A program made the translations under genes and the position numbers. Positions 27,005 to 35,202 of a stretch of DNA of 62,054 nt are shown piece by piece. Below the pieces are notes generated by a model. It was not told the origin of the DNA. It did not search any database and saw only the letters and a list, made by a program, of their open reading frames with translations. The stretch spans positions 1 to 62,054 of the forward strand of contig DASWFN010000086.1 of the NCBI GenBank assembly GCA_036394215.1, written 5' to 3'. The DNA is from Candidatus Limnocylindria bacterium (lineage in GTDB: Bacteria; Chloroflexota; Limnocylindria; P2-11E). Positions within the stretch are counted from its first letter, which is position 1; each line of letters starts with the position of its first letter.

Positions 27005-27441
27005 GTCGCCACCGTCCGGCGCAGGCAATCGGCGAAGCCCGCGAGCACTTTGTCGGCCTGGCGGGCGATGAGCGGCTGGCCGAGCTCGCCGATCCGGCCG
27101 AGGATCGTGACGTCGCTCGACACCCGGAGCTGGGTCGGCGCGTCACCGGTGAGCGCGACGTCGACGTGTGCCCGCACCGCGCCGCCGAGGCGGCGATCCT
27201 CCGCGTCCGCGCGCAATCGAGCGGTGCCGGCCGACTCGTCGCGCGACTCGACGGTCACGGTTCCGGACAGCGCGAGCTTCACCGGACCGACGCGCACCTC
27301 GAGCGTGCCGCGCACGCGCTCACCGTCCGCCGCGAGATCGCGCGTCCCGGGCACGCAGCCGGCCGCGACCGGGAGGTCCATGAGGATCGCCCAGACCCGC
27401 GCCCGCGGCGCGTCGATGGAGACGGTGTGCTCGAGCTTCAT
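27001..27441 (-). CDS. CoxG-like SRPBCC protein (146 aa)
   Basis: MKLEHTVSIDAPRARVWAILMDLPVAAGCVPG..., typical of the carbon-monoxide dehydrogenase subunit G family. ATGA overlaps on both sides. Confidence 0.75.
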   Translation of the reverse strand: MKLEHTVSIDAPRARVWAILMDLPVAAGCVPGTRDLAADGERVRGTLEVRVGPVKLALSGTVTVESRDESAGTARLRADAEDRRLGGAVRAHVDVALTGDAPTQLRVSSDVTILGRIGELGQPLIARQADKVLAGFADCLRRTVAT

Positions 27442-28286
27442 GCGACGTCGCGTAGCGCGCGCGCGGTCCACACACCGACCATCGCGCGCTTGTACTCGGC
27501 GCTTCCACGCAGGTCGGCGAGCGGGTCGGCGGCCGCGGTCGCGAGCGAGGCGGCCTCGGCGATCGCGGCGCCGTCGATACGGCGGCCCACCAGCGATCGT
27601 TCGGCGTCCTTCGCGCGGAACGGGATCGGGCCGGCGCCGCCGATGGCGATCCGCGCGTGGGTGCACGCGCCGCCCGGGTCGGTCGCGACGACGGCCGCGA
27701 CGGAGACCGTCGCGTAGTCGTCGAGCGTGTTCGGGAGGAACTTCCTGTATGTGGCCCGCGCGCCCGCCGGGAGCGGCGGCAGCTCGATCCGGAGGAGCAG
27801 CTCGTCCGGCTCCAGCGACGTCTCGAACACGTCGACGAAGAGCTCGTCCAGCGGGATCGTCCGAGCCCGGGCCTTCGACATCGCGATCGCGCGCGCGTCG
27901 AGCGCGAGCAGCGTGACCGGAGGGTCCTGGGCCGGATCGGCGTGGGCGAGGTTGCCGCCGAGCGTCGCCTGCTCGCGGATCCGCACCGTCGCGACGGACG
28001 CGAACGTCGCGGCGAGCGCGGGCGCGTGGCTGCGGACGGCGGCCGATCGCGCGATCCCGGCATGCGTCGCGAGCGCGCCGAGCCTGAGGCCGCCGGTCGC
28101 GTCGATCGCGCGAAGCTGGGCGATGCGCCGGAGGCCGATGACCCGGTCCGGGCGCACGAGGTCCTGCTTCATGAGGATCACCAGCGATGTCCCGCCCGCC
28201 ATGACGTGGGTGTCCTCGGCATCTTCGGCGAGCAGGGCCAGCGCCTCATCGAGCGTCTCGGGCTCGACGTACTCGAACGGCCTCAT
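27438..28286 (-). CDS. Xanthine dehydrogenase-family FAD-binding medium subunit (CoxM-like), 282 aa
   Basis: MRPFEYVEPETLDEALALL...VMAGGTSLV...ATLGGNLAH. Only one Cys in the whole protein. Start re-set to ATG 28286. Confidence 0.85.
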   Translation of the reverse strand: MRPFEYVEPETLDEALALLAEDAEDTHVMAGGTSLVILMKQDLVRPDRVIGLRRIAQLRAIDATGGLRLGALATHAGIARSAAVRSHAPALAATFASVATVRIREQATLGGNLAHADPAQDPPVTLLALDARAIAMSKARARTIPLDELFVDVFETSLEPDELLLRIELPPLPAGARATYRKFLPNTLDDYATVSVAAVVATDPGGACTHARIAIGGAGPIPFRAKDAERSLVGRRIDGAAIAEAASLATAAADPLADLRGSAEYKRAMVGVWTARALRDVA

Positions 28287-28747
28287 CGGCGCTGTGCGGC
28301 GGCGATCGCCCGCGCGATCCCGTAGTAGCCGGTGCAGCGACAGAGGTTCCCCAGCATCGCGTCCGTGACCTCCGCCTCGGTGGGCGCCGGATGGTCGCGC
28401 AGGAACGCGTCCGCCGACATGAGCTGTCCCGAGGTGCAGATGCCGCACTGGAACCCGCCCTCGGCGATGAAGGCTTCCTGCAGCGGCGAAAGCACGCCGC
28501 CGGCCGCGAGTCCCTCGACCGTCCGCACGGCCGAGCCGTCGATCTGGGTCGCGAGCAGCAGGCAGGCCGACATCGGCGCGCCGTCCACCTGGACCGTGCA
28601 GAGGCCACACACGCCGACGGAGCACCCGTCCTTCGTGCCGGTGGCGCCGAGGTCCTCCCGCAGCAGGTCGACGAGGAGCCGCTCCGCCGGGACGGTCGCT
28701 TCGCGCGTCGCGCCGTTCAGGGTGAAGCGGATGCGATGTTCGCTCAC
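28283..28747 (-). CDS. Xanthine dehydrogenase-family [2Fe-2S] small subunit (CoxS-like), 154 aa
   Basis: Two cluster motifs: GCSVGVCGLCTV and FQCGICTSG...CRCTGY. GTG start overlaps the ligase stop (GTGA). Confidence 0.9.
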   Translation of the reverse strand: MSEHRIRFTLNGATREATVPAERLLVDLLREDLGATGTKDGCSVGVCGLCTVQVDGAPMSACLLLATQIDGSAVRTVEGLAAGGVLSPLQEAFIAEGGFQCGICTSGQLMSADAFLRDHPAPTEAEVTDAMLGNLCRCTGYYGIARAIAAAQRR

Positions 28748-30264
28748 GAACGCAGCCGGAAGCGCTGGATCTTGCCCGTCGCCGTCTTCGGCAGCTCGCT
28801 CACCGGCTCGATCCAGCGCGGCTGCTTGTGCCGGGGCAGGCGCTCGGCGCAGAGCTCGGCGAGGCCTGCCGCGTCACCGCCCCGCAGCACGACGTACGCG
28901 CAGACCCGGACGAGACCATCCGCGTCGGCGCGGCCGACCACCGCGGCCTCGGCGACAGCGGGATGCGAGAGCAGCACCGACTCCACCTCCAGCGGCGAGA
29001 CCCACTGCGCGCCGACGCGCAGCATGTCGTCGTCCCTTCCCAGGTGAAAGTAACGTCCGTCGCGGACGCGGTACCGATCGCCGGTCACGACCCAGCCGTC
29101 GCGGAAGGTCGCGGCCGTGCGTTCGGGCCGATCGTGGTAGCCGACCGCGGTCGAGCCGCCCCGCACCCACAGCGTCCCTTCGTCGGCATCTTCCCCGTCG
29201 GCTCCGACCACGCGCGCCTCGTAGCCGGGTACGACGCGGCCCGACGAGCCCGGCATCACGTCGTCCACCGTATTCGAGATCGCGATGTGCCCGATCTCGG
29301 TCGAGCCGATGCCGTCGAGGATCGGGCGCCCGAAGCGCCGCTGCCACCGCTCGGCGATCGGCGGAGGCAACGCCTCGCCGGCCGAAACGCAGAGGCGCAG
29401 CGAGGACACATCGGCGCGTGCGCCCCCTTCCGCGGCCGCGAGCAGCGCGGCATAGGCCGTCGGAACGGTGAAGAGGATCGTCGGACGCTCGTCCGCGATG
29501 ACCCGCCAGGCGCGCTCCGCCGCGAACCGCTCGGGGTCGAGCACGACCGATGCGCCCGTCGCGAGCGGGATGAGCAACGAGTTGCCGAGGCCGTACGAGA
29601 AGAAGAGCTTCGCCGTGCTGTACACGCGGTCGGCGGGACCGATCGCCAGCACGTGCCGCCCGTACGCCCGCGCCGGGAACGCCGCGCGCTCGTGCAGGTG
29701 CATGACCGCCTTCGGCCTGCCGGTCGTCCCGCTCGAGTATTGCCAGAAGCACAGGTCGTCGCCCCGGGTCGGCGCCGCCTCGACCGGGCCGCCGGGCGCG
29801 ACCGGCGCATCGGCCTCGCCGATGCTCATCTTCGCGCCGCTGTCGCGGACCATGAACTCGAGCTCCTCGGGCCGCGCGACCGTCGAGAGCGGCACCGGGA
29901 TGGCACCCAGCTTCGCCGCGCCGAGGAACGCCGCGACGAACGCCGGCGAATCGCGCAGCACGATCGCCACCCGATCGCCGCGGGCCACGCCGCGCTCGCG
30001 CAGCGAGCGGACCATGCCGTCCTGCAGCGCGGCGACGTCGCCGTAGGTAAGCGTGTCACCGCGGTAGCGCAGGGCGGCGCGGGAGGCGTGGCCATCCGCG
30101 CACGCGGCGTCGGCGAGGGCGCTGGCGAGGTTGAACGCGGCTAGAGGTACTTGCGCCCGGCGAGCTTGTCCGGGATGACGAGCCCGAGCGCCGAGATCTT
30201 CGGGTCCATCTCGGCGATGTAGTCCCTGCGCATCTGGCCGTTCGTCCGCTTCTTCAGGCCCCAC
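28744..30264 (-). CDS. AMP-dependent aryl-CoA ligase (benzoate/furoate-CoA ligase-like)
   Basis: WQYSSGTTGRPK (AMP-binding box), YGLGN, GDRY...GRDDDMLRVG and the C-terminal lysine context KTATGKIQR. The only canonical in-frame start upstream of the conserved N-terminus is GTG 30264, 124 nt inside the preceding gene. Confidence 0.8.
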   Translation of the reverse strand: MGPEEADERPDAQGLHRRDGPEDLGARARHPGQARRAQVPLAAFNLASALADAACADGHASRAALRYRGDTLTYGDVAALQDGMVRSLRERGVARGDRVAIVLRDSPAFVAAFLGAAKLGAIPVPLSTVARPEELEFMVRDSGAKMSIGEADAPVAPGGPVEAAPTRGDDLCFWQYSSGTTGRPKAVMHLHERAAFPARAYGRHVLAIGPADRVYSTAKLFFSYGLGNSLLIPLATGASVVLDPERFAAERAWRVIADERPTILFTVPTAYAALLAAAEGGARADVSSLRLCVSAGEALPPPIAERWQRRFGRPILDGIGSTEIGHIAISNTVDDVMPGSSGRVVPGYEARVVGADGEDADEGTLWVRGGSTAVGYHDRPERTAATFRDGWVVTGDRYRVRDGRYFHLGRDDDMLRVGAQWVSPLEVESVLLSHPAVAEAAVVGRADADGLVRVCAYVVLRGGDAAGLAELCAERLPRHKQPRWIEPVSELPKTATGKIQRFRLRS

Positions 30265-30860
30265 TCGATGTAGCGCTCATCGCGCGCGGACTCGGAGCGA
30301 CCGAACATGTCGAGGCCGGTCACGTACCACTTGTCGATCGCTCGCTGGGCGGCCTCCGTGCCTTCGGCCGTCTCCATCATCTTCTGGAGCTCCTGCTCGC
30401 CGTACGCGACGTGGCCCTTCTCCTCGCGGAGGATCGTCGGCAGCACGTCGTCGGTCGGAAGGAACGACGAGCCGACCATCTCGTCGAGCTGATACTCGCC
30501 GACCTTGTCGATGAGGAAGCCGAATGCGGCGAAGTCGCCCCACTCGGGCATGTCGACCTTGAACGCATCGACTTCGCGCTGCGAGCGCGGCCGATAGAGG
30601 ATGTCGGACCGGTCGAGTCCGACCATCCCGAGCATCCGGAGGAACTTGCGGCAGTGGTCGATCTCCTCGGATGCGATCCGCGCGACGCGCCACTGGTCGT
30701 CGACCGTGGGCGCGCGGAGGGTCCAATGGTCCACGTAGATGTGCGGGCCGCCGATCTCGCAGTCGGCCTGGATGGTGAGAAGGCGGGTCAGCAGCTCGCG
30801 GTACTCCTCCGGCATCTTGCCGAAGTCGCCCGGCTCGATCCGGTCGGTGAACTGCGCCAC
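30141..30860 (-). CDS. Stand-alone PaaA/PaaC-family ferritin-like di-iron protein (239 aa)
   Basis: VAQFTDRIEPGDF...IQADCEIGG...ASEEIDHCRKF...GEYQLDEMVG...ILREEKGHVAYG gives an E...ExxH...D/E...ExxH ligand pattern as in PaaA. GTG 30860 follows AAGGAGG. The N-terminal 290 codons of track ORF 30141..31739 are shadow sequence. Confidence 0.65.
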   Translation of the reverse strand: MAQFTDRIEPGDFGKMPEEYRELLTRLLTIQADCEIGGPHIYVDHWTLRAPTVDDQWRVARIASEEIDHCRKFLRMLGMVGLDRSDILYRPRSQREVDAFKVDMPEWGDFAAFGFLIDKVGEYQLDEMVGSSFLPTDDVLPTILREEKGHVAYGEQELQKMMETAEGTEAAQRAIDKWYVTGLDMFGRSESARDERYIEWGLKKRTNGQMRRDYIAEMDPKISALGLVIPDKLAGRKYL

Positions 30861-30886
30861 TGACCCGCCTCCTTCTGCTGTGCCGG

Positions 30887-31939
30887 CTAGCCGCCGAGCT
30901 TCCGGTCCTGGGCGCTCTGCATGTACGTCCGATCGATCATCTTGCTGATGTCGACCTTCGCGATGTTCGGGTTGCCTTTGCCGAGGATCTCGACCGCGTC
31001 CTTGAACTGCGTCGTGTCGGGGAACAGGTAGGCGGACGTGACCTCGTTCATGAAGAAGTCGTACGCGGCCGACAGGGCCGTCGTGTCCGTGATCTTGAAG
31101 TACTTCGCCAGGATGTCCATCGATCCCTGCTTGTCGGCCTTCATCTTCGCGCGCGCGATCGTGAGCGAGTCGATGTACGCCTGGACGACGTCCTTGTTCG
31201 CGTTGAGGTAGGTGCGCTGCATGATGACGCCCGTGTTCGCGGCCGGAAGCTTCTGGCCGGCGAGATCGACGATCGCCGTCAAGCCGGCCTTCACGAGCTC
31301 GAGGTCCTCCGGCGGGTCGTCGACGCCGGCATCGATGGAGCCGGCGAGGAGGGCGGCGGTGCGATTGGCGTGGGAGCCGACCGCGACGATGGTCACGTCC
31401 TTGTCGGGATCGAGCCCGGCCGCCTTCAGCGCCGCGCGGGTCGCGATGTCGCTCGAGCCGCCGGCGTTCGACACGCCGACCTTCTTCCCCTTGAGGCCGG
31501 CGATGCTGGTGATGCCCTTCTGGGCGTAGAGCTTGTACGGGTAGACCGGGGCGAGGTTCGCGACGACCACGAGGTCGGCGCCGCCGGCGTTCGCGCTCAG
31601 CGCCTCGGCCCCGCCGAACTGGCCGATCTGGATCTGGTTCGCCAGGAGCGCGGCGCTCGTCTGCGCGCCACCGTTGATCGACTGGAGATCGACCTCGAGG
31701 CCGTTGTCCTTGAAGATGCCCTTCTCGAGCGCGTACCACGGGATCCAGTCGTCGGCGCTGATATTGCTGTACGCCGACACCACCTTCTTGCAGCAGGCCA
31801 GCTTCGCCGCGGCCGCGGGTGCGCTCGTTGCCGCGGCCGGTGCGGTCGTCGCGGCAGTGCCGCCGCCTCCACCCCCGCCGCCGCAGGCTGTCGCGAGGAT
31901 CGCGAGGATCGCGGTCACGACCACGAGACTCCGCTTCAT
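30887..31939 (-). CDS. ABC substrate-binding lipoprotein, NMT1/THI5 family (350 aa)
   Basis: MKRSLVVVTAILAILATACGGGGGGGGT lipobox plus Gly linker. Paralog of 23740..24780. Start re-set to ATG 31939. Confidence 0.8.
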   Translation of the reverse strand: MKRSLVVVTAILAILATACGGGGGGGGTAATTAPAAATSAPAAAAKLACCKKVVSAYSNISADDWIPWYALEKGIFKDNGLEVDLQSINGGAQTSAALLANQIQIGQFGGAEALSANAGGADLVVVANLAPVYPYKLYAQKGITSIAGLKGKKVGVSNAGGSSDIATRAALKAAGLDPDKDVTIVAVGSHANRTAALLAGSIDAGVDDPPEDLELVKAGLTAIVDLAGQKLPAANTGVIMQRTYLNANKDVVQAYIDSLTIARAKMKADKQGSMDILAKYFKITDTTALSAAYDFFMNEVTSAYLFPDTTQFKDAVEILGKGNPNIAKVDISKMIDRTYMQSAQDRKLGG

Positions 31940-31977
31940 CGCCACTCTCCCATCCATTCTCACCACCGCGCCACCTT

Positions 31978-32835
31978 CTATCGCCGGATCTGGGGCCGCC
32001 AGGCCTGGAATCGGTTCTCCAATCGCTGCAGGATCGTCGTGAGGAGCATGCCCGTGCCGGCGATGAGGATCACGCCGGCGAGCATCTTCGGCGTCTGGAA
32101 CGTCTGGCCGGCGATCGCGATGAGCTGGCCGACGCCGTGCCGCGCGGCAATGAGCTCGGCGACGACGACGCCGGTCAGCGCGTGGCCGATCCCGAGCCGG
32201 AAGCCCGTGAGGATGAACGGCACCGAGCCCGGCAGCACGACCCGCCGGAAGATGAGGGCGTCGGATGCGCCGAACGAGCGGGCGACGCGGAGCAGGGCAT
32301 TCTCGGTATTCCGGACGCCCGCCATCGTGTTGATGATGATCGGGAACAGTGCACCGAGGAAGATGACGGCGATCTTGGACGGCATGTCGATGCCGAACCA
32401 GATGATGAACAGCGGAATGAGCACGATGCGTGGCGTGCTGTAGAAGAAGTTCACGAACGGGTCCATCGCGTACTGGAAGCGCGTGTACCAGCCCATCCCG
32501 AGCCCGATGAGGAGCCCGACGAGGATCGCCATCCCGTAGCCGATGGCCATCTCCTGGCCGCTGGTGGCGATGTCGAGCCAGATCTCGTCGGTCTGGAACA
32601 GCTTCACGAAGGCCTGCGCGACGTCCGCCGGACCGGGAAGGAAGAGGACCGGCATGACCCGCGCGTTCGCCACCAGCTGCCAGACCGTCAGGACGAGGAT
32701 CACGGAGATCGTGCCGATGACCACCGGCTCGTACTGCTTCATGCGGCTCGGGCGGACGACCGACCGTCGCTCTTGCGTCGGATCGGTCTCGCTCCTCGTC
32801 ACCGGCAGGACGCGGTCGGCCTCTTTCACGGTCAT
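31978..32835 (-). CDS. ABC transporter permease (NitT/TauT family)
   Basis: 285 aa with 6 helices and the loop ARSFGASDALIFRRVVLPGSVP. Paralog of 6218..7045. Confidence 0.85.
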   Translation of the reverse strand: MTVKEADRVLPVTRSETDPTQERRSVVRPSRMKQYEPVVIGTISVILVLTVWQLVANARVMPVLFLPGPADVAQAFVKLFQTDEIWLDIATSGQEMAIGYGMAILVGLLIGLGMGWYTRFQYAMDPFVNFFYSTPRIVLIPLFIIWFGIDMPSKIAVIFLGALFPIIINTMAGVRNTENALLRVARSFGASDALIFRRVVLPGSVPFILTGFRLGIGHALTGVVVAELIAARHGVGQLIAIAGQTFQTPKMLAGVILIAGTGMLLTTILQRLENRFQAWRPQIRR

Positions 32836-33650
32836 GCGGCGGGCATCCCGGCGACGAGCCGCTCCGGCGGGACCGCGAGCTCCTCCTGGATGCTCTCCCA
32901 GATGCGGTCCTCGTAGACAAGGAACGCCGGGTCGCGCTTCACGCGGAGGTCGCGCGGCCGGGGCAGGTCGATCTCGACGACGTCCTTCACCCGGCCCGGC
33001 CGCCGCGTGAACACGATCACCCGGTCGGAGAGGTAGATCGCCTCCTTGATGTCGTGGGTGATGAAGAGCGCGGTCTTCTTCGTCTTCGACCAGATCTTCA
33101 GCAGCTCGAGCTGCATCGTCTCGCGGGTCTGCGCGTCGAGGGCCGCGAACGGCTCATCGAGGAGGAGCATCTGCGGATCGGTCAGGAGCGCGCGCGCGAG
33201 ATTCACGCGCTGCTGCATCCCTCCGCTCAATTCAAGGGGGTAGGCGTCCTCGAACCCGGCGAGGCCGACGAGCTCGATCTGCTGCCGGGCCCGGGCGACG
33301 GCATCGTGGTCCATCCGCCGCTGCGCTTCGACACCGAACAGCACGTTGCCGAGGACCGTGCGCCACGGCAGGAGTCCGGGCTGCTGGAAGACCATCGCGC
33401 GGTCCGGGCCTGGCGCGGTGATCTCGCGGCCGTCGAGCGTCAGGCTGCCGGCGCTGATCGGCTGCAGCCCGTCGACCGCGTTGAGGAACGTCGTCTTGCC
33501 GCAGCCCGACGGGCCGACGATGGCCAGGAACTCGCCCGGCCGCACCGTGAGGTCGACGCCCTGGACCGCGGTGAAGATCGAGCGCGAGCGGTTGAGCCAG
33601 TACTCGATGACGACGCCCTTCGCCGCCAGCTTCGCCGAGCGGTCGAGCAC
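32832..33650 (-). CDS. ABC transporter ATP-binding protein (NitT/TauT family)
   Basis: Walker A GPSGCGKTT, signature LSGGMQQR, Walker B LLLDEPF. ATGA overlap with the permease gene. Confidence 0.9.
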   Translation of the reverse strand: MLDRSAKLAAKGVVIEYWLNRSRSIFTAVQGVDLTVRPGEFLAIVGPSGCGKTTFLNAVDGLQPISAGSLTLDGREITAPGPDRAMVFQQPGLLPWRTVLGNVLFGVEAQRRMDHDAVARARQQIELVGLAGFEDAYPLELSGGMQQRVNLARALLTDPQMLLLDEPFAALDAQTRETMQLELLKIWSKTKKTALFITHDIKEAIYLSDRVIVFTRRPGRVKDVVEIDLPRPRDLRVKRDPAFLVYEDRIWESIQEELAVPPERLVAGMPAA

Positions 33651-33654
33651 CGCG

Positions 33655-35136
33655 CTAGCTCAGCTTCCCGTCGGACGGATGCGGCTCATTCCGGAGCAGG
33701 TACCCGAACTTCTCCTTCGCTTTGCGTTTGGTCTCCGGGCTCGGCGTGTTCACCGGCGGGAAGTCGGCCTTCCACTCGAACGGCCGGGTCGCGTCGATGA
33801 TCGCCCGCGAGCTGTGACCCTTGCGGTCGCGCGGGATGCGCGGGTCGAGCGGTCCGCTCCACGCGCGCTTGATGATGTCGATGGAATCGACCGGATCCGA
33901 CCGCGAGGCCATCGCCCAGATGACGTCGTTGAGGTCCATGACGTCGATGTCCTCGTCGACGACGATCACGTAGCGGCCGAGGTACGCGCCCGCGTGCACG
34001 GTCGCCGCGAGGTGACCGGCCTGGCGCGCGTGGCCCGCGTAGCGCTGCTCGATCGAGATCGCGTTGAACAGGCGCGAGCCGCCGACCTCGTGGCACCACA
34101 CGCCCTTGAGGCCGGGGAGGCCGGCCGCCTCGAGCTGCTGGCGGAGCTGCGCCGAGCGCAGGAAGGCGCGGTAGAACGACTGCTCGTCCGGCGGCTGGTT
34201 CGGCGGCGACCCGAGGATGATCGGATCGTTGCGGTGGTAGACCGCTTCGACCTGCATGAACGGCTCGGGGCGCGCGTCGCTCGCGTAGTAACCGGTCCAC
34301 TCGCCGAACGGACCTTCGACGATCCGCTCCTTCGGGTCGACCCAGCCCTCGATGACGATCTCGGCGTCCGCGGGCAGCGGGAGGCCGGTGACCGGACCCT
34401 TCACGACCCGGAACGGCTCGCCGCGAACGCCGCCGGCCCAGTCGTACTCGGTGAGGCCGAACTGGACCTCGGTCGCGGCGGCGAGGAACAGCAGCGGGTC
34501 GCCGCCTGCGACGAACGCGATCGGCATCTTCTCCCCGCTCGCGATCCACGCGTCGCGGTGCATCCGGCCGTGCTTGCCGGGGGAGATGTAGAAGCCCAGC
34601 TTGTCCTTGCCGTGGACCATCACGCGGTAGCAGCCGAGGTTGACCCAGCCGTTGTCCTTGTCCCGCGTGATGTCGAAGCTGCCGGTGCCGATGTAACGAC
34701 CACCGTCGTCCTCGTGCCACTTCGGCGCCGGGAAGATCGTCATGTCGACGTCCGCGCCGCGCTTCACGTTCTCGAAGATCGGGCCGTCCTTCACCTCGAT
34801 CGAGGGGATCGGCTTGATGCCGTCGGAGACGCGCTTCTGCCACGCCTTCACGAGGTTCTCGGGCGACTCCTTCGGATCGAGGCCCAGCGTCAGGGCGAGA
34901 CGCGGGAACCAGCCGAGCGAGTTCGAAAGGACCCGGAAGCCCTTCTTGTAGCCGGGGATCTCGTCGAAGAGGAGCGCCGGCGTGCCGTGCACGCGGCCGG
35001 CGAGCTCGGTCGCCATGCCGATCTCGTCCTCTGAGCGAGCGCCTCGCACGACCCGAAGCTCACCGAGCTCGTCGATGCGCTTCAGCCAGTCGCGCAGGTC
35101 GCGGAAGGTCCGGGTCGGGCGCTCGGCGACGGCCAT
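33655..35136 (-). CDS. UbiD-family prFMN-dependent (de)carboxylase (493 aa)
   Basis: MAVAERPTRTFRDLRDWLKRIDELGEL...GTGSFDITRD...IVEGPFGEWTGYYA (the E-x4-E acid/base motif as in Fdc1-type enzymes)...HEVGG. Start re-set to ATG 35136. Confidence 0.9.
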   Translation of the reverse strand: MAVAERPTRTFRDLRDWLKRIDELGELRVVRGARSEDEIGMATELAGRVHGTPALLFDEIPGYKKGFRVLSNSLGWFPRLALTLGLDPKESPENLVKAWQKRVSDGIKPIPSIEVKDGPIFENVKRGADVDMTIFPAPKWHEDDGGRYIGTGSFDITRDKDNGWVNLGCYRVMVHGKDKLGFYISPGKHGRMHRDAWIASGEKMPIAFVAGGDPLLFLAAATEVQFGLTEYDWAGGVRGEPFRVVKGPVTGLPLPADAEIVIEGWVDPKERIVEGPFGEWTGYYASDARPEPFMQVEAVYHRNDPIILGSPPNQPPDEQSFYRAFLRSAQLRQQLEAAGLPGLKGVWCHEVGGSRLFNAISIEQRYAGHARQAGHLAATVHAGAYLGRYVIVVDEDIDVMDLNDVIWAMASRSDPVDSIDIIKRAWSGPLDPRIPRDRKGHSSRAIIDATRPFEWKADFPPVNTPSPETKRKAKEKFGYLLRNEPHPSDGKLS

Positions 35137-35202
35137 CCCACTCTCCCACCCGGCCGGTGCCCGGCCGGGATCCAGCTCCACCCCGTCGGCGGTCCGGCGG
35201 GG

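Noticed and set aside
27438-28286. Interpretation of the ligase plus three-subunit Mo-enzyme as anaerobic 4-hydroxybenzoyl-CoA reductase
   Set aside because: The FAD subunit contains a single Cys and no Cys-rich insertion, so it cannot carry the additional [4Fe-4S] cluster characteristic of that reductase. The neighbouring oxygenase-type genes also argue for an aerobic hydroxylase.
31859-31882. Run of eight Gly codons after the lipobox of the second SBP, considered as a phase-variable homopolymer
   Set aside because: The codons are mixed (GGC GGC GGG GGT GGA GGC GGC GGC), not a mononucleotide tract. It is most simply a flexible lipoprotein tether.
30887-32920. Very long track ORFs that appear to fuse several functions (also 12160..13830, 12990..15203, 14831..16204, 36328..38025, 40447..42009, 41760..43127, 52154..54244)
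   Set aside because: Only the 3' portion of each has domain content. The 5' portions are Arg/Pro-rich read-through across an upstream gene in another frame. Internal starts with ATGA/GTGA overlaps or GGAGG boxes give proteins of normal length.
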